Below, piece after piece: positions 1-14,274 of a DNA stretch of 64,000 nt. The position numbers were made by a program, and so were the translations under genes. Position 1 is the stretch's first letter, and the number at the start of each line of letters is the position of its first letter. The DNA is taken from positions 1 through 64,000 of the forward strand of contig NIVC01001356.1 of the NCBI GenBank assembly GCA_002269645.1, read 5' to 3'. Source of the stretch: Macrostomum lignano. Its lineage: Eukaryota. The notes under the pieces were generated by a model. It made no database searches. It saw only the letters and a list, made by a program, of their open reading frames with translations, and had not been told where the DNA came from.

Positions 1-129
1 CATCGACTCAATTTTATAGAGCAGCCCAGTGCTGACCGACTTTTTGCAGTTACTCTGCATAAGCCCGATATTGTCGGCGGATCAATTCAATCAGTCCTAC
101 AGTTAACTTGCCCTGCTGGATTATTATTG

Positions 130-690
130 AAGCATTTCAAAGGTTCAAACAGACCATCTTTCTGCCTTTTCACACCCTTCATCCGCCTCTTCACACCTCC
201 ATCTGCTTCTTCACACATCCTCCATCCACCTTTTTCACGCCCTCCATCCGCCTTTTCACCCCCCTCATCAGCCTCTTCACACCCCCATCTGCTTCTTCAC
301 ATCCTCCATCCACCTTTTTTTACACCCTTGCATCCAGCTTCTCACACCCTCTATCAGCCGCTTCACACCCTCATCCGCTTCTTCACATCCTCCATCCGCC
401 TTTTCACACCCTCCATCAGCCTTTTCACACCCTCCATCAGCCTTTTCACATCCTCCATCAGCCTTTTTCACAACCCTCCATCTGCCTTTTCACAACCCTC
501 CATCTGCCTTTTCACACCCTCTATCAGCCTCTTCACAACCCTTCATCAGCCTTTTCACACCTTCATTGCTTTTGCACACCCTTCATCAGCCTTTTCACAC
601 CCTCTACCAGCCTCTTCACAACCCTCATCAGCCTTTTCACACCCGTTAATCTCGCTTTCATACCCTTAGTTTGCCTTTTTCACAACCCCA
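130..690. repeat. Degenerate ~21 bp minisatellite (CTTTTCACACCCTCCATCAGC)
   Basis: Unit recurs throughout; explains ORFs 108..710, 127..669 and 277..471. Confidence 0.85.
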
Positions 691-1319
691 TTACTTTTAC
701 ATCTCCCTAGAACAGATAGAAAAAGATGACATGCTTATATAGAGCAGTAGTAAACTTCATTAAAAAATCATAATCAGTGTTATTAATATTTTTCTTTGAC
801 CTTAAGCTACACGAAGAGTCAAAGAGTCAATCATAAAAAATGGTTTCGGATGAACTTTAGGACTAGTTTTCAATAAATTTACTGTGGCAAGAAAGCATTG
901 ATAATCAAATACAGTTTCAAATTTCTAACACTGCTTCTGACAAGCAGATCTGCACTGCCATGCGAGGGCATTGTTTTCTTTTTAAAAAGGAGAAAGCAAC
1001 TTTTGCAGCAGCAACTTGCAGGGGAAATGGAAACTCGGAAAAAAGGAGAGAAAAGAGCGAACGGGTCAGTTGTTAATGCGACATCAGTTCGGCCAGCCAT
1101 AAGTCTTGAATTTGGTGTCAACTGACAGCCAGTGCTTTCGGTTTGGTTGGCCTTTTCGGCTTGCCAGCGAGAAAGACGACTAATGCCAAGATTGAAAGCA
1201 GATTTGTCAGCTATGCATTCGCCAGGTCTGCAGCTGATGGGGCAGTTTGTGTTCCATAGTAGCGTGCGGTGGTTACAGGCTTCACAACGGACAGGGGAGA
1301 GGGTGGGAGAAAAATAGGG

Positions 1320-2900
1320 GAGAGAAGTAGAGAGGGAGAGAAGTAGACAAAGAGAAGTAGAGAGGAAGGAGAAGTAGAGGGGAAAAGTAGAGAGGGGGAA
1401 GTAGATAGAAAAGAGAAGTAGAGAGGAGGGAGAAGTAGAGAGGAGGGAGAAGTAGAGAGGAGGGAGAAGTAGAGAGGAGGGAGAAGTAGAGGAGGGAGAA
1501 GTAGAGGAGGGAGAAGTAGAGAAGTGGAGAAGTGGAGAGTGGCAGAAGTAGAGAGCAGGAGAAGTAGAGGAGGGAGAATTAGAGAAGTGGAGAAGTAGAG
1601 AGTGGCAGAAGTAGAGAGCAGGAGAAGTAGAGGAGGGAGAATTACAGAGGATGCACAAGTAGAGAAAGAGAGGAGCAGTAGAGAATTTGAGAAGTAGAGG
1701 AGGGAGAAGTAGAGAAGTGGAGAAGTAGAGAAGTGGGAGAAGTGGAGAAGTAGAGAAGTGGGAGAAGTGGGGAAGTAGAGAAGTGGAGAAGCAGAGAGGG
1801 GAGAAGTAGAGAGAGGGAGAAGTAGAGAAGTGGAGAAGTAGAGAGTGGGAGAAGTAGAGAAGTGGAGAAGTAGAGAGTGGGAGAAGTAGAGAAGTGGAGA
1901 AGTAGAGAGTGGGAGAAGTAGAGAAGTGGAGAAGTAGAAAGGGGAGAAGTAGAGAGTGGGAGAAGTAGAAAAGTGGAGAAGCAGAGAGGGGAGAAGTAGA
2001 GAAGTGGGGAAGTAGAGAAGTGGAGAAGTAGAGAAGTGGGAGAAGTGGAGAAGTAGAGAAGTGGGAGAAGTGGGGAAGTAGAGAAGTGGGGAAGTAGAGA
2101 AGTGGAGAAGTAGAGAAGTGGGAGAAGCAGAGAGGGGAGAAGTAGAGAAGTAGGAGAAGTAGAGAAGTGGGAGAAGCAGAGAGGGGAGAAGTGGAGAAGT
2201 AGAGAAGTGGGAGAAGTGGGGAAGTAGAGAAGTGGAGAAGTAGAGAAGTGGGAGAAGCAGAGAGGGGAGAAGTAGAGAAGTGGGAGAAGTAGAGAAGTGG
2301 GAGAAGCAGAGAGGGGAGAAGTGGAGAAGTAGAGAAGTGGGAGAAGTGGGAGAAGTGGAGAAGTAGAGAAGTGGAGAAGTAGAGAAGTGGGAGAAGCAGA
2401 GAGGGGAGAAGTAGAGAAGTGGGAGAAGCAGAGAGGGGAGAAGTAGAGAAGTGGAGAAGTAGAGAGTGGGAGAAGTAGAGAAGTGGAGAAGTAGAGAGTG
2501 GGAGAAGTAGAGAAGTGGAGAAGTAGAGAATGGGAGAAGTAGAGAAGTGGAGAAGTAGAGAGGGGAGAAGTAGAGAAGTGGGGAAGTAGAGAAGTGGAAA
2601 AGTAGAGAGTGGGAGAAGTAGAGAAGTGGGAGAAGCAGAGAGGGGAGAAGTAGAGAAGTGGGGAAGTAGAGAAGTGGAGAAGTAGAGAAGTGGGAGAAGT
2701 GGAGAAGTAGAGAAGTGGGAGAAGTGGGGAAGTAGAGAAGTGGAGAAGTAGAGAAGTGGGAGAAATGGAGAAGTAGAGAAGTGGGAGAAGCAGAGAGGGG
2801 AGAAGTAGAGAAGTGGAGAAGTAGAGAGTGGGAGAAGTAGAGAAGTGGAGAAGTAGAGAGTGGGAGAAGTAGAGAGGAGAAGTAGAAAAAGGAGAGAAAG
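1320..2900. repeat. Purine-rich minisatellite (GAGAAGTAGAGAAGTGG-type, ~16-17 bp variants)
   Basis: Direct reading; produces the low-complexity minus-strand S/P/L ORFs. Confidence 0.9.
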
Positions 2901-3347
2901 AGAGGGAACGTGAGATGAGAATTAGTGGTGGTATGTAAGGTGAGAGAGTGCAGGCTATCAGCGAGAGCAGGTCAGTCAGTGAGTCACTGACAGAGAGGAA
3001 GTAAAAAGTGTAAGTGGCGCGGAGTCTGCAGCTGGCAGCCCTGGGCAGGCTACGGTTCGGCATTGCCATAAATTTCGCCTTATCACCGTAGCAGTGTGAG
3101 GCTCACGGGACTGGAAATGAATGAGCAGGGATGAGTTAGGAGTTGCGGTCTAGCGGTGAGTCCGCCTGCAGTTGCTTTATGCTGAGCGAGTTGGTATTTT
3201 CGGTCTCAGCACTGCCTGCCTGAGTTAGGGCTGAATATAGGGCTGAGATACTCAGCAGTGTTAAAGTTTAATGCTGCTTTAATTTATGTTCATTAATAGC
3301 ATTAGCTTTCCACAATTCATTGATGAGCTTGCATGGCCTTAATTCTG

Positions 3348-3422
<75 letters not shown>

Positions 3423-3423
3423 G

Positions 3424-3489
<66 letters not shown>
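3348..3489. repeat. (TATC)n microsatellite, left block
   Basis: Near-perfect tetranucleotide run. Confidence 0.95.
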
Positions 3490-3785
3490 CATACATGCGC
3501 AACCTCCAAAATTCGGTCGGCCGTGCGACTTAGTTTTAACAAAAATGCGACGTAGTTTTTGGCCAAAAATGCGACTTACATGTAAAAAACCCTAGAGCAA
3601 AATTAACGCAACTTTGGGTAAACGGCAGGAGTAACTATGACTGTCCTATTAAGGCAAAATGCCTCGTCAGCTACTTAGTACTACTACTTGGGTATTTTTT
3701 GGGTTGGCATTTTCGCGATTTCCTTGGTTGGCCACCAAATCAGTCGGCCAGATTGGCCGACTCGGCCGACTGTTGCGTATGTATG
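3490..3785 (+). mobile_element. ~296 bp TIR-bounded non-autonomous element with a 28S rRNA-derived core (copy 1), embedded in (TATC)n
   Basis: 5' end CATACATGCGCAAC versus reverse complement of 3' end CATACATACGCAAC. 3' hairpin GTCGGCCA-GAT-TGGCCGAC. Core 3616-3679 resembles 28S GGGTAAACGGCGGGAGTAACTATGACTCTCTTAAGGTAGCCAAATGCCTCGTCATCTAATTAGT. Homologous copies at 58592 and 61528. Confidence 0.7.
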
Positions 3786-4930
<1,145 letters not shown>

Positions 4931-5036
4931 TCTATCCAATACAGTCCCTCTACTAAACTATTCAGTAGTAAGATAAGAGTTGTGTAGTTAAAAAAATCCT
5001 CAACGATAACCCAACCCGCCCTCCAATTTAAACCAG

Positions 5037-5437
5037 GCGAGCCGCACGGCAGCCGCTACATGTCTCTGCCAGTCGGAGCGTCCCGAGCTCGATCCCCGGT
5101 CGGATGCAGCTGCTCCAGCATCATGGAAGAAGATCCGCTGCTTTCGCAACAGCAGCAGCAGCAGCAGCACGAGAACATTCCTTTGACGCTTAGCGGCGCA
5201 GGCTGCAGCACCTTCAGCCGGCACCAGCACCATCAGCAGCCGGTGCTTAACTTGCTCGAGGACCCGCAGTTCAACCAGGTGAAACTGGTTGGCCGCTCGC
5301 CAAATCGCTTGCCGCCAATCGCCGGCAGCCGCTCGGCAACGCCCCAGCAACCGTTGCTAAGCAGTTTTGGCGGCAACCAGACCCAGAACTCTGGCGGTGG
5401 CGGCGACGGCGCCGGCTCGGGAACTGCTGCGGTCTAA
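5037..5437 (+). CDS. Probable terminal coding exon of an unidentified gene (Q/G/S-rich)
   Basis: Acceptor AAACCAG|GC at 5036/5037; open frame EPHGSRYMSLP...GSGTAAV* with GC-rich codons and a short polyQ; no recognisable domain; upstream exons not identified. Confidence 0.55.
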
Positions 5438-5554
5438 CAGACGCCATGTGCTGTGAAATTCAGGACTTGATTGAGTTGATTCGTGCGACTAAGGGTTTTA
5501 GATATCATTTTTAGGTCGCGGTGACTGCAAATTACTGAGATTTAAGGTGAGATT

Positions 5555-6345
5555 AAGGGAGATAGATGCATCTAGAGATAAGCGAAAACTGTGGGAGATA
5601 AAGGGAGAGACAGTGAGAGATGAAGGGAGAGCCAGGGAGAGATGAAGGGAGAGACAGTGAGAGATGAAGGGGAGACAGTGAGAGATGAAGGGAGAGACAG
5701 TAAGAGATGAAGGGAGAGACAGTGAAAGATAAAAGGAAAAAACAGTGAGAGATGAAGGGAGAGACAGTGAGAGATGAAGGGGGAGAAAGAGGTGAAGGAA
5801 GAGACGGTTAGAGATGAAAGGAGATACAGTGAGAGATGAAGGGAGAGACAGTGAGAGATGAAGGAAGATAGAGTGAGAGATGAAGGAAGATAGAGTGAGA
5901 GATGAAGGAAGATAGAGTGAGAGATGAAGGGAGAGACAGTGAGAGATGAAGGGAGAGACAGTGAGAGATGAAGGGAGAGACAGTGAGAGATGAAGGGAGA
6001 GACAGTGAGAGATGAAGGGAGAGACAGTGAGAGATGAAGGGAGAGACAGTGAGAGATGAAGGGAGAGACAGTGAGAGATGAAGGGAGAGACAGTGAGAGA
6101 TGAAGGGAGAGACAGTGAGAGATGAAAGGAGAGACAGTGAGAGATGAAGGGAGAGACAGTGAGAGATGAAGGGAGAGACAGGGAGAGATGAAGGGAGAGA
6201 AAGAGGTGAAGGAAGAGACGGTTAGAGATGAAAGGAGATACAGTGAGAGATGAAGGGAGAGACAGTGAAAGATAAAAGGAAAAAACAGTGAGAGATGAAG
6301 GGAGAGACAGGGAGAGATGAAGGGAGAGATAGAGATGAAGGAAGA
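5555..6345. repeat. 22 bp minisatellite (GTGAGAGATGAAGGGAGAGACA)
   Basis: Many near-identical tandem units. Confidence 0.9.
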
Positions 6346-7124
6346 CAATTTAGAAACATTTCCGAATTTAGCGCAGTCTCCCCTCATTTATAGTACTTAC
6401 ATGTATAAACCGCAATATTTTCCATTGTTTGAAAAAAAACAAAGCTATTTTTGTTATAAAAAAGTAATTTTTCAAATTTTCATACCTATATACTCAAAAC
6501 CGCTTTTCAAACTTGCTCTAACAAAAATTTCAGTTTAATTTGCTTTTCTGCCCAAGTCTAAATTTTTCGCTTCTGCAAATGCTGCTACTAACAGTAATTG
6601 AATGTATTTTAATATTTTTATTGTTGTCACTAATCTGTCTGTGAACAAAAACAGCTGCTTTTAACTTTCATGCCGAATTGTGAAACTAGAAAAAATTCGC
6701 CCCAGACTCACCTAAAAAAGCATTTTTGTAAAGCCTTTGCATATAAGCGATTACTAAAACAGCATATCGCACTACTTAATCCTACTTCTATTTGATAGTA
6801 GTATAAAATGCGCATCAATATTGTTCTATTTGTATTGTGCTAGCTTATTGGCAATAATTTCTTTGGAAAAATGATTAAATTTTAGTTCAACTTAATTATG
6901 TGAATTAAGTGCATGTTTAATATTCGAATTCTCTAAGCTTAATTTTATGAACTTTTTGTCACCGCGCGTTTAAAGTTTAACCAATACAAACTTTTAAATA
7001 TACTGCCAATATAATGCTGACTCTGATACTGCAATAATTGCTTTTAACAGCTGCGTACCAGACTCTGCATGGAATAAAATATTTCCTTGCTATTAAAAGA
7101 TTTTTTTCTTTTTTCTTTGCTCAA

Positions 7125-7330
7125 GGACTCACGACTTGAGGGTTGTGGGTTCGATTCCCGATCCCACTGGAACAATTTGTGTCCCTGAGCAAGACACTTA
7201 ACTCTGCATTGCTTCAGTTCACCCAGCTGTAAAATGGGTGCCAGCATTAGCTGGGGTAATTGAGGCTGTGTGTGGCGACCCCCCTCCAGTCTTTGGACTG
7301 AACAGCCGTACGCAGCCTTCAGATGCGCTG
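7125..7330 (+). mobile_element. 5'-truncated tRNA-derived SINE with a CORE/Meta-type central domain
   Basis: Pol III B box GGTTCGATTCC at 7148-7158, followed by TGTGTCCCTGAGCAAGACACTTAACTCTGCATTGCTTCAGTTCACCCAGCTGTAAAATGGG (7178-7238), which resembles the CORE (MIR-type) domain. No A box; 3' boundary approximate. Confidence 0.7.
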
Positions 7331-7364
7331 CGCAATAGCTGCGGCTGAGCTGTCGGTTGCACAT

Positions 7365-8090
7365 CTGCCCATTAGTAGATCCTCAGATCCTCAAATCCTC
7401 AGATCCTCATCCTCAGATCCTCAAATTCCCTGATTCTCAAATTCTCAAATTCTCAGATCCTCAAATCCTCAGATTAATTAGTCCTCAAATCCTTAAATTC
7501 TCAAATTCTCAGATCCTCAAATCCTCAGATGCTCAAATCCTCAGATTAATTAGTCCTCAAATCCTTAAATTCTCAAATTCTCAGATCCTCAAATCCTCAG
7601 ATCCTCAAATCCTCAGATGCTCAAATCCTCAAATTCTCAGATCTTCAGATCCTCAGATGCTCAAATCCTCAAATTCTCAGATCTTCAGATCCTCAGATGC
7701 TCAAATCCTCAAATTCTCAGATCTTCAGATCCTCAGATGCTCAAATCCTCCAATTCTCAGATCCTCAAATTCTCAGATCTTCAGATCCTCAGATGCTCAA
7801 ATCCTCCAATTCTCAGATCCTCAAATCCTCAGATCCCCCAATACTCAAATCCTCAGATCCCGAATTCTCAGATCCCCCAATACTCAAATCCTCAGATCCC
7901 CGAATTCTCAGATTCTCAAACTCTCACATCCTCATTCTCAGATCTCAAAATTCTCATCCTCAAATCCTTAGATGCATGAATCCTCAAATCCTCAAATTCT
8001 CAGATCCGCAATTGCTCAAATTCTTAGACCCTCAGATCCTCAGGTCTTTAGATTCTCAAATCCTCAATTTTTAGAATTCTTCAGACCCCA
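7365..8090. repeat. Degenerate CTCAGAT/CTCAAAT-based minisatellite
   Basis: Short 8-9 bp subunits (TCCTCAAAT, TCTCAGAT) in variable higher-order units. Confidence 0.85.
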
Positions 8091-8624
8091 TGCTGATCTG
8101 CCAAACCCATTATATCCCAATTTTCTCCCAAGAATTATCCCGTCATTCATTTTCCTTGCGAGATTCCCCATTCCATTTTCACGACCCCATCGTTCATTCA
8201 GCCATGCAGTTTATCGTTGTGCCGGTTTTAAAGTGAATGGGATTCTATTCCCAAAGCGATCAGACTCTGTTGCAGTTGTGGCAGAACTCTAAAAGTACAC
8301 CACACACTGGCTCGCGCCTGCAGTGTGACATGGTTACTAAAAATTTTTTTCGCTCTATCGAACTGAAACTCTGAACCAAACAGCGAGTCATGCCTCTCCC
8401 GCGCTCTGTGACAGCTCGGTAATACGCGAGTAGAAAATTTATGACTCAAAAATAACTGGAGCGAATCAAAAATGGGGTGCCGGCAGTCCAGTGTAGTGGA
8501 GCATGGACTTCAATCATTTGACTACTGTCACGACTGCATTGATCGGTATTGTGAATAAATAGTCAAAGCTGTGTCAGATGCATCGATCGGTATTGTGAAT
8601 AAATAGTCAAAGCTGTGTCAGATA

Positions 8625-9700
8625 GAGACATGATTTTGTGTCAGATAGAGCCTCATTTTGTGTCAGATAGAGCCTCATTTTGTGTCAGATAGAGCCTCAT
8701 TGTGTCTGCAGATAGAGCCTCATTTTGTCTCAGATAGTGTCTCATTTTGTGTCAGATAGAGCCTCCTTTTGTGTCAGATAGAGCCTCATTTTGTGTCAGA
8801 TAGTGTCACATTTTGTGTCAGATAGAGTTTCATTTTGTGTCAGATAGAGCCTCATTTTGTGTCAGATAGAGCCTCATTTTGTGTCAGATAGAGCCTCATT
8901 TTGTGTCAGATAGTGTCTCATTTTGTGAACGATAGAGCCTCATTTTGTGTCAGATAGTGTCACATTTTGTGTCAGATAGAGTTTCATTTTGTGTCAGATA
9001 GAGCCTCATTTTGTGTCAGATAGTGTCACATTTTGTGTCAGATAGAGTTTCATTTTGTGTCAGATAGAGCCTCATTTTGTGTCAGATAGAGCCTCATTTT
9101 GTGTCAGATAGAGCCTCATTTTGTGTCAGATAGTGTCTCATTTTGTGTCAGATAGAGCCTCATTTTGTGTCAGATAGAGCCTCATTTTGTGTCAGATAGT
9201 GTCACATTTTGTGTCAGATAGAGTTTCATTTTGTGTCAGATAGAGCCTCATTTTGTGTCAGATAGAGCCTAATTTTGTGTCAGATAGTGTCTCATTTTGT
9301 GTCCGATAGAGCCTCATTTTGTGTCAGATAGTGTCTCATTTTGTGTCAGATGGGGCCTCCTTTTGTGTCAGATAGAGCCTCATTTTGTGTCAGATAGAGC
9401 CTCATTTTGTGTCAGATAGAGCCTCATTTTGTGTCAGATAGAGCCTCATTTTGTGTCAGATAGAGCCTCATTTTGTGTCAGATAGAGCCTCATTTTGTGT
9501 CAGATAGAGCCTCATTTTGTGTCAGATAGAGCCTCATTTTGTGTCAGAGGGTAGGTTATTTAAGTCAGATAGAGCCTCATTTTGTGTCAGATAGAGCCTC
9601 ATTTTGTGTCAGAGGGATCGGTTATTTGTGTCAGATGGACCTATTACTTGTGTCAGATAGAGGCATGACTTGTATCAGGAAATGAATAGTTTGTGTCAGA
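8625..9700. repeat. 22 bp minisatellite (TTTTGTGTCAGATAGAGCCTCA)
   Basis: Dozens of tandem units, preceded by a ~45 bp direct duplication at 8535-8625. Confidence 0.92.
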
Positions 9701-10679
9701 TAACTGAATACCCGCTGCCAAACAGCTTCAATAACTTTGTCTCAGTGACAGAAGAATACATGAAAACTTAGATAATGTTCAAGACTGCAAGCTCTCTCTA
9801 TGTGCTGTCAATCAAATTATAAGAATGGCATTCTCTAAGAGTCGCTCCTGCCCCCCCGCAGTTTAAAAGTACAAGTCAACAAAAAGCTTCCAATACTTTC
9901 TACAGAGAATAAATTCTCCTCATTACTAAATTAGTTTCCTCTTAATCTCTTCTGATTATGGGATCGCAGATCTATAAACAGAATGCTCGATAATTTGACT
10001 CTGCACTGTACTGTACTGTATTTGCGTGGAGGGTTTGGGTTCGGGCAGTTAGGGAGTTCTCCCCCAGGCACTGAGATGCATGCGATGTACAGCCAGTCGC
10101 GTTGATAGCAGTACAGGGGGACAAAATGTACACGCGCAGTAACCCCCTTCTCGCCTTGAATCTTCCTCACCCTCCCGAGTTCCTCCCTTCTCGACTCAAT
10201 CTAATCTCTCTCTCCCCTGAACTGTACATTGGAGAATCTGTTTGAGAGGCTAGAATTTGAGTTGGAAGGGCGAGGGCCTGAAAATTCCTAATTCTCTATT
10301 CCCAATATAGTGAAGCTCCGTGTGTTTTTATAACTTGCTGCTTGGGCAGGTCAAACTGCAAAGTCAGAATATCTCTTGTAATAACTTGTTAAAAATACGA
10401 GGTTGAATTTGTGCGCGATTTGTTTAATTCTACATTCTCTTTTATCTATAGAGAGGCGACGACAAACAGATAACTTCTTCCGGTGAGATTGCTGTTCTTT
10501 TTTTATTGCTTTCGTATTTTCTTGCTAGTTGGCGAAAATTCTGCACCGGAAATTGCTTTGAACTGCCGCAGTTGCTTGTTTGTGCAGACGGGAAGTACCA
10601 GTAGGTAGAATAGAAGCGGTTAAACTACCTGTATAGGCATCCATTTGCCTGCATGGCAGTGTAGATATGCTATCTGTTT

Positions 10680-10749
10680 TGTGTGTCTGTGTCTGTCTGT
10701 CTGTCTGTCTGTGTGTCAGTCTGTCTGTCTGTCTGTCTGTCTGTCTGTG

Positions 10750-10820
<71 letters not shown>

Positions 10821-10821
10821 G

Positions 10822-10900
<79 letters not shown>

Positions 10901-10927
10901 ATGTCTGTTTGTCTGTCTGTCTGTCTA

Positions 10928-11004
<77 letters not shown>

Positions 11005-11013
11005 GTGTCTGTG

Positions 11014-11068
<55 letters not shown>

Positions 11069-11077
11069 GTGTCTGTG

Positions 11078-11120
<43 letters not shown>

Positions 11121-11181
11121 GTGTCTGTGTGTGTGTCTGTCTGTCTGCCTGTGTGTCTGTCTGTCTGTGTGTCTGTCTGTG

Positions 11182-11224
<43 letters not shown>

Positions 11225-11237
11225 GTGTCTGTCTGTG

Positions 11238-11292
<55 letters not shown>

Positions 11293-11302
11293 GTGTCTGT
11301 CA

Positions 11303-11376
<74 letters not shown>

Positions 11377-11432
11377 GTGTCTGTGTGTGTGTCTGTCTGT
11401 CTGTCTGTGTGTCTGTCTGTCTGTGTGTCTGC
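10680..11432. repeat. (GTCT)n/(GT)n microsatellite
   Basis: Direct reading; source of the SVCL and QTDR ORFs. Confidence 0.95.
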
Positions 11433-11886
11433 CCATGACTGTCCCGATACTGTAAGCCCCTTCTCATTATCACCCATTATCTCATAGCCTGTTTCTCTTG
11501 CACCGCATTTTACAACAGGCTCTGATCACAATTGCAAATTGTAAAACAGGTTCACTCCAACCGCGCCAGGAGACCAGAGTTAACAGGGGCGGCAAGTGCG
11601 CAGAACAACCCCACCTCTCCTCCCGATTCGCAATTTGCAGGTATTCATGCAGATTGTGGAATTAAGATTGTGGACAGGTTTTGGCGCACGAGCGTCAAAG
11701 AAGACAAACAAAGTTTTTGTAGATGTGTGGGGTAGCGGGTCATTACAGGCAGGTCAGGCCTATAAAGTTTAGGTTTACCACTGCGGCGGGACATGCACCA
11801 TTAAGCAAGAACTGTTGTGACATTGTGCAATATTAATTGAACTTCAGTCTCCTGAAGTAAATATTGTGATTGCCGATTTTGCAACA

Positions 11887-12629
11887 ATGTCGCTCAGTGC
11901 GTCGCCTTACTTGGCTGGGCAGCCCAGGTGAGGTTCGCAATCCTCTGGATTCAGGTCCATCAGACCCTCAGGTCCCTCAGACGCTCAGGTCCCTCAGACG
12001 CTCAGGTCCCTATGACCCTCAGGTCCCTCAGACCCTCAGGTCCCTATGACCCTCAGGTCCCTCAGACCCTCAGGTCCCTCAGACAATCAGGTCCCTATGA
12101 CCCTCAGGTCCCTCAGACGCTCAGGTCCCTCAGACCTTCAGGTCCCTATGACCCTCAGGTCCCTCAGACCTTCAGGTCCCTCAGATCCTCAGGTCCCTCA
12201 GACCCTCAGGACCCTCAGACCCTTACTCCAAATCCAAACCCTCAGGTCCTCAAATTCTTAAATCTTCAGGGCCTCAGACTCTTACCCTCAGGCCAGTGTG
12301 ACTACTCATTCTCCCCCATCTTTCGATCCCCATCGCTCGCAGATCCCAATCCATGATGGAGCCGCTGCACGAGTGCCAGACGGAGGCGGACCAGCAGATT
12401 CTGCAGAATCCTCCCCATCAACGACCGCATCAGCAGCCCCATCATCACCTGCCTTACCTGCACCGTCAGCGAGACTATTCAACGACCTCCTCGGCGAGTC
12501 AGATTGGCAGCGGCGTCAGTAGGAGCAGCTCGCGCGTTTCGTTTGCCACTTCTCAGCGAGACAGCAGCAATCTGGACGATGTGCTGGAGCAGCTGAACAC
12601 TGAGCTGGGCAGCTTGCGGAAGCAGCACG
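11887..12629 (+). CDS. Two coding exons (11887-11927, 12343-12629) of a low-complexity protein; possibly the N-terminal part of the RhoGAP gene
   Basis: ATG 11887 ... CCCAG|GTGAGG (phase 2) joins CTCGCAG|A TCC CAA TCC ATG in frame: MSLSASPYLAGQPRSQSMMEPLHEC...LDDVLEQLNTELGSLRKQH. Donor GTAGGC at 12630. High GC3. The frame is open upstream of the ATG, so earlier exons are possible. Confidence 0.6.
11950..12290. repeat. 17 bp intronic minisatellite (CCTCAGGTCCCTCAGAC)
   Basis: Fills intron 11928-12342. Confidence 0.85.
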
Positions 12630-12654
12630 GTAGGCCGGATCCAAGTTTGGTGAC

Positions 12655-13590
12655 AGACAACCACCTCATTAAAATAGACAACCACCTCATTCAAATAGAC
12701 AACCACCTCATTCAAATAGACAACCACCTCATTCAAATAGACAACCACCTCATTCAAATAGACAACCACCTCATTCAAATAGACAACCACCTCATTCAAA
12801 TAGACAACCACCTCATTCAAATAGACAACCACCTCATTCAAATAGACAACCACCTCATTCAAATAGACAACCACCTCATTCAAATAGACAACCACCTCAT
12901 TCAAATAGACAACCACCTCATTCAAATAGACAACAACCTCATTCAAATAGACAACCACCTCATTAAAATAGACAACAACCTCATTCAAATCGACAACCAC
13001 CTCATTCAAATAGACAACCACCTCATTCAAATAGACAACCACCTCATTCAAATAGACAACCACCTCATTCAAATAGACAACCACCTCATTCAAATAGACA
13101 ACCATCTCATTCAAATAGACAACCACCTCATTCAAATAGACAACCACCTCATTCAAATAGACAACCACCTCATTCAAATAGACAACCACCTCATTCAAAT
13201 AGACAACCATCTCATTCAAATAGACAACCACCTCATTAAAATCGACAACCACCTACTTAAAACAGACAACCGCCTACTTAAAATATTCAACCACCTATTT
13301 AAAATAGACAACCACCTCATTCAAATAGACAACCACCCCATTAAAACAGCCAACCACCCCATTAAAACAGCCAACCACCCCATTAAAACAGCCAACCACC
13401 CCATTAAAACAGCCAACCACCCCATTAAAACAGCCAACCACCCCATTAAAACAGCCAACCACCCCATTAAAACAGCCAACCACCCCATTAAAACTGTCAA
13501 CCACCCCATAAAAATAGACAACAAGTTAATTAAAATAGATAACTACCTACCAAAAAGACAACCATCTCGTCAGGATAGACGACCAATTAA
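12655..13590. repeat. 21 bp intronic minisatellite (GACAACCACCTCATTCAAATA) grading into a related unit
   Basis: Translates as IDNHLIQ repeats, then KTANHPI repeats. Confidence 0.92.
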
Positions 13591-14274
13591 TTAAAATTGA
13601 CACCAGCTTCCAACCATAATAATCAAACCTATGGGTATTAAAAAAAACTTTTAAAAATTACTTTAAAAAAGTTACTCACTAAAACATGCTTTAGTACTAA
13701 TAGTAAACGTTTCTGCAGCTAATTTCAATAATAAACTTATAGCTTCAATACAATATTAACGTTTCTGCAGAGAACTTGCACTGCAAAGTGAAATCAATGC
13801 TTAAACTACATGTAGCAATAAAAATCTGTTCTCTCCCAGAGCTGACTCATGCACGGTATCGATACAATCAATGTGCAGCCATATTTAGTGTAGAAGAACA
13901 TTAGTAACCATTGCATACAGTTCAATGTAGCAAACTATACTGTTAGCTAGCAATAAAATATAGCTGTTTGCGCACCCCAGAATCGATAATGTGTTGGCCA
14001 ATTTATTAAATCAGAGAAGCCTACATAGCAATATATAATATATGGATTAATCTCTAAGAGGGCACATTTAAGCCTAGAGAGAGACTAAGCAGAACCGCAT
14101 TTTCCGACTGTTACTGTAGACTTTATTTTGCAGAATTAAATATTTAACTAATAATGATGCCACGGGACAGGGCTGAGCGCTCTCAGCCTGTGCTCATTAG
14201 TAAGTGCTCAGCATTTTATTTATTGGCTTGTTTTTTCTAATCATTTATGACGTCCAGGAGGCTGGCGACTTCTC

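Noticed and set aside
879-1317. Short ORFs near the window start (both strands)
   Set aside because: No recognisable domain and no consistent splice model; not supportable as CDS.
3616-3679. Functional 28S rRNA gene
   Set aside because: Only ~65 nt match, flanks are not rRNA and the segment is mutated; treated as an element core.
7125-7165. tRNA gene
   Set aside because: B box only; no A box or acceptor stem, and it continues into a SINE body.
9931-10680. Minus-strand open stretches (RKIQGEKGV..., QMDAYTGS...) as exons
   Set aside because: No homology, weak splice sites, could not be joined in phase.
10525-11487. QTDR and SVCL repeat ORFs on both strands
   Set aside because: Translation of the (GTCT)n microsatellite.
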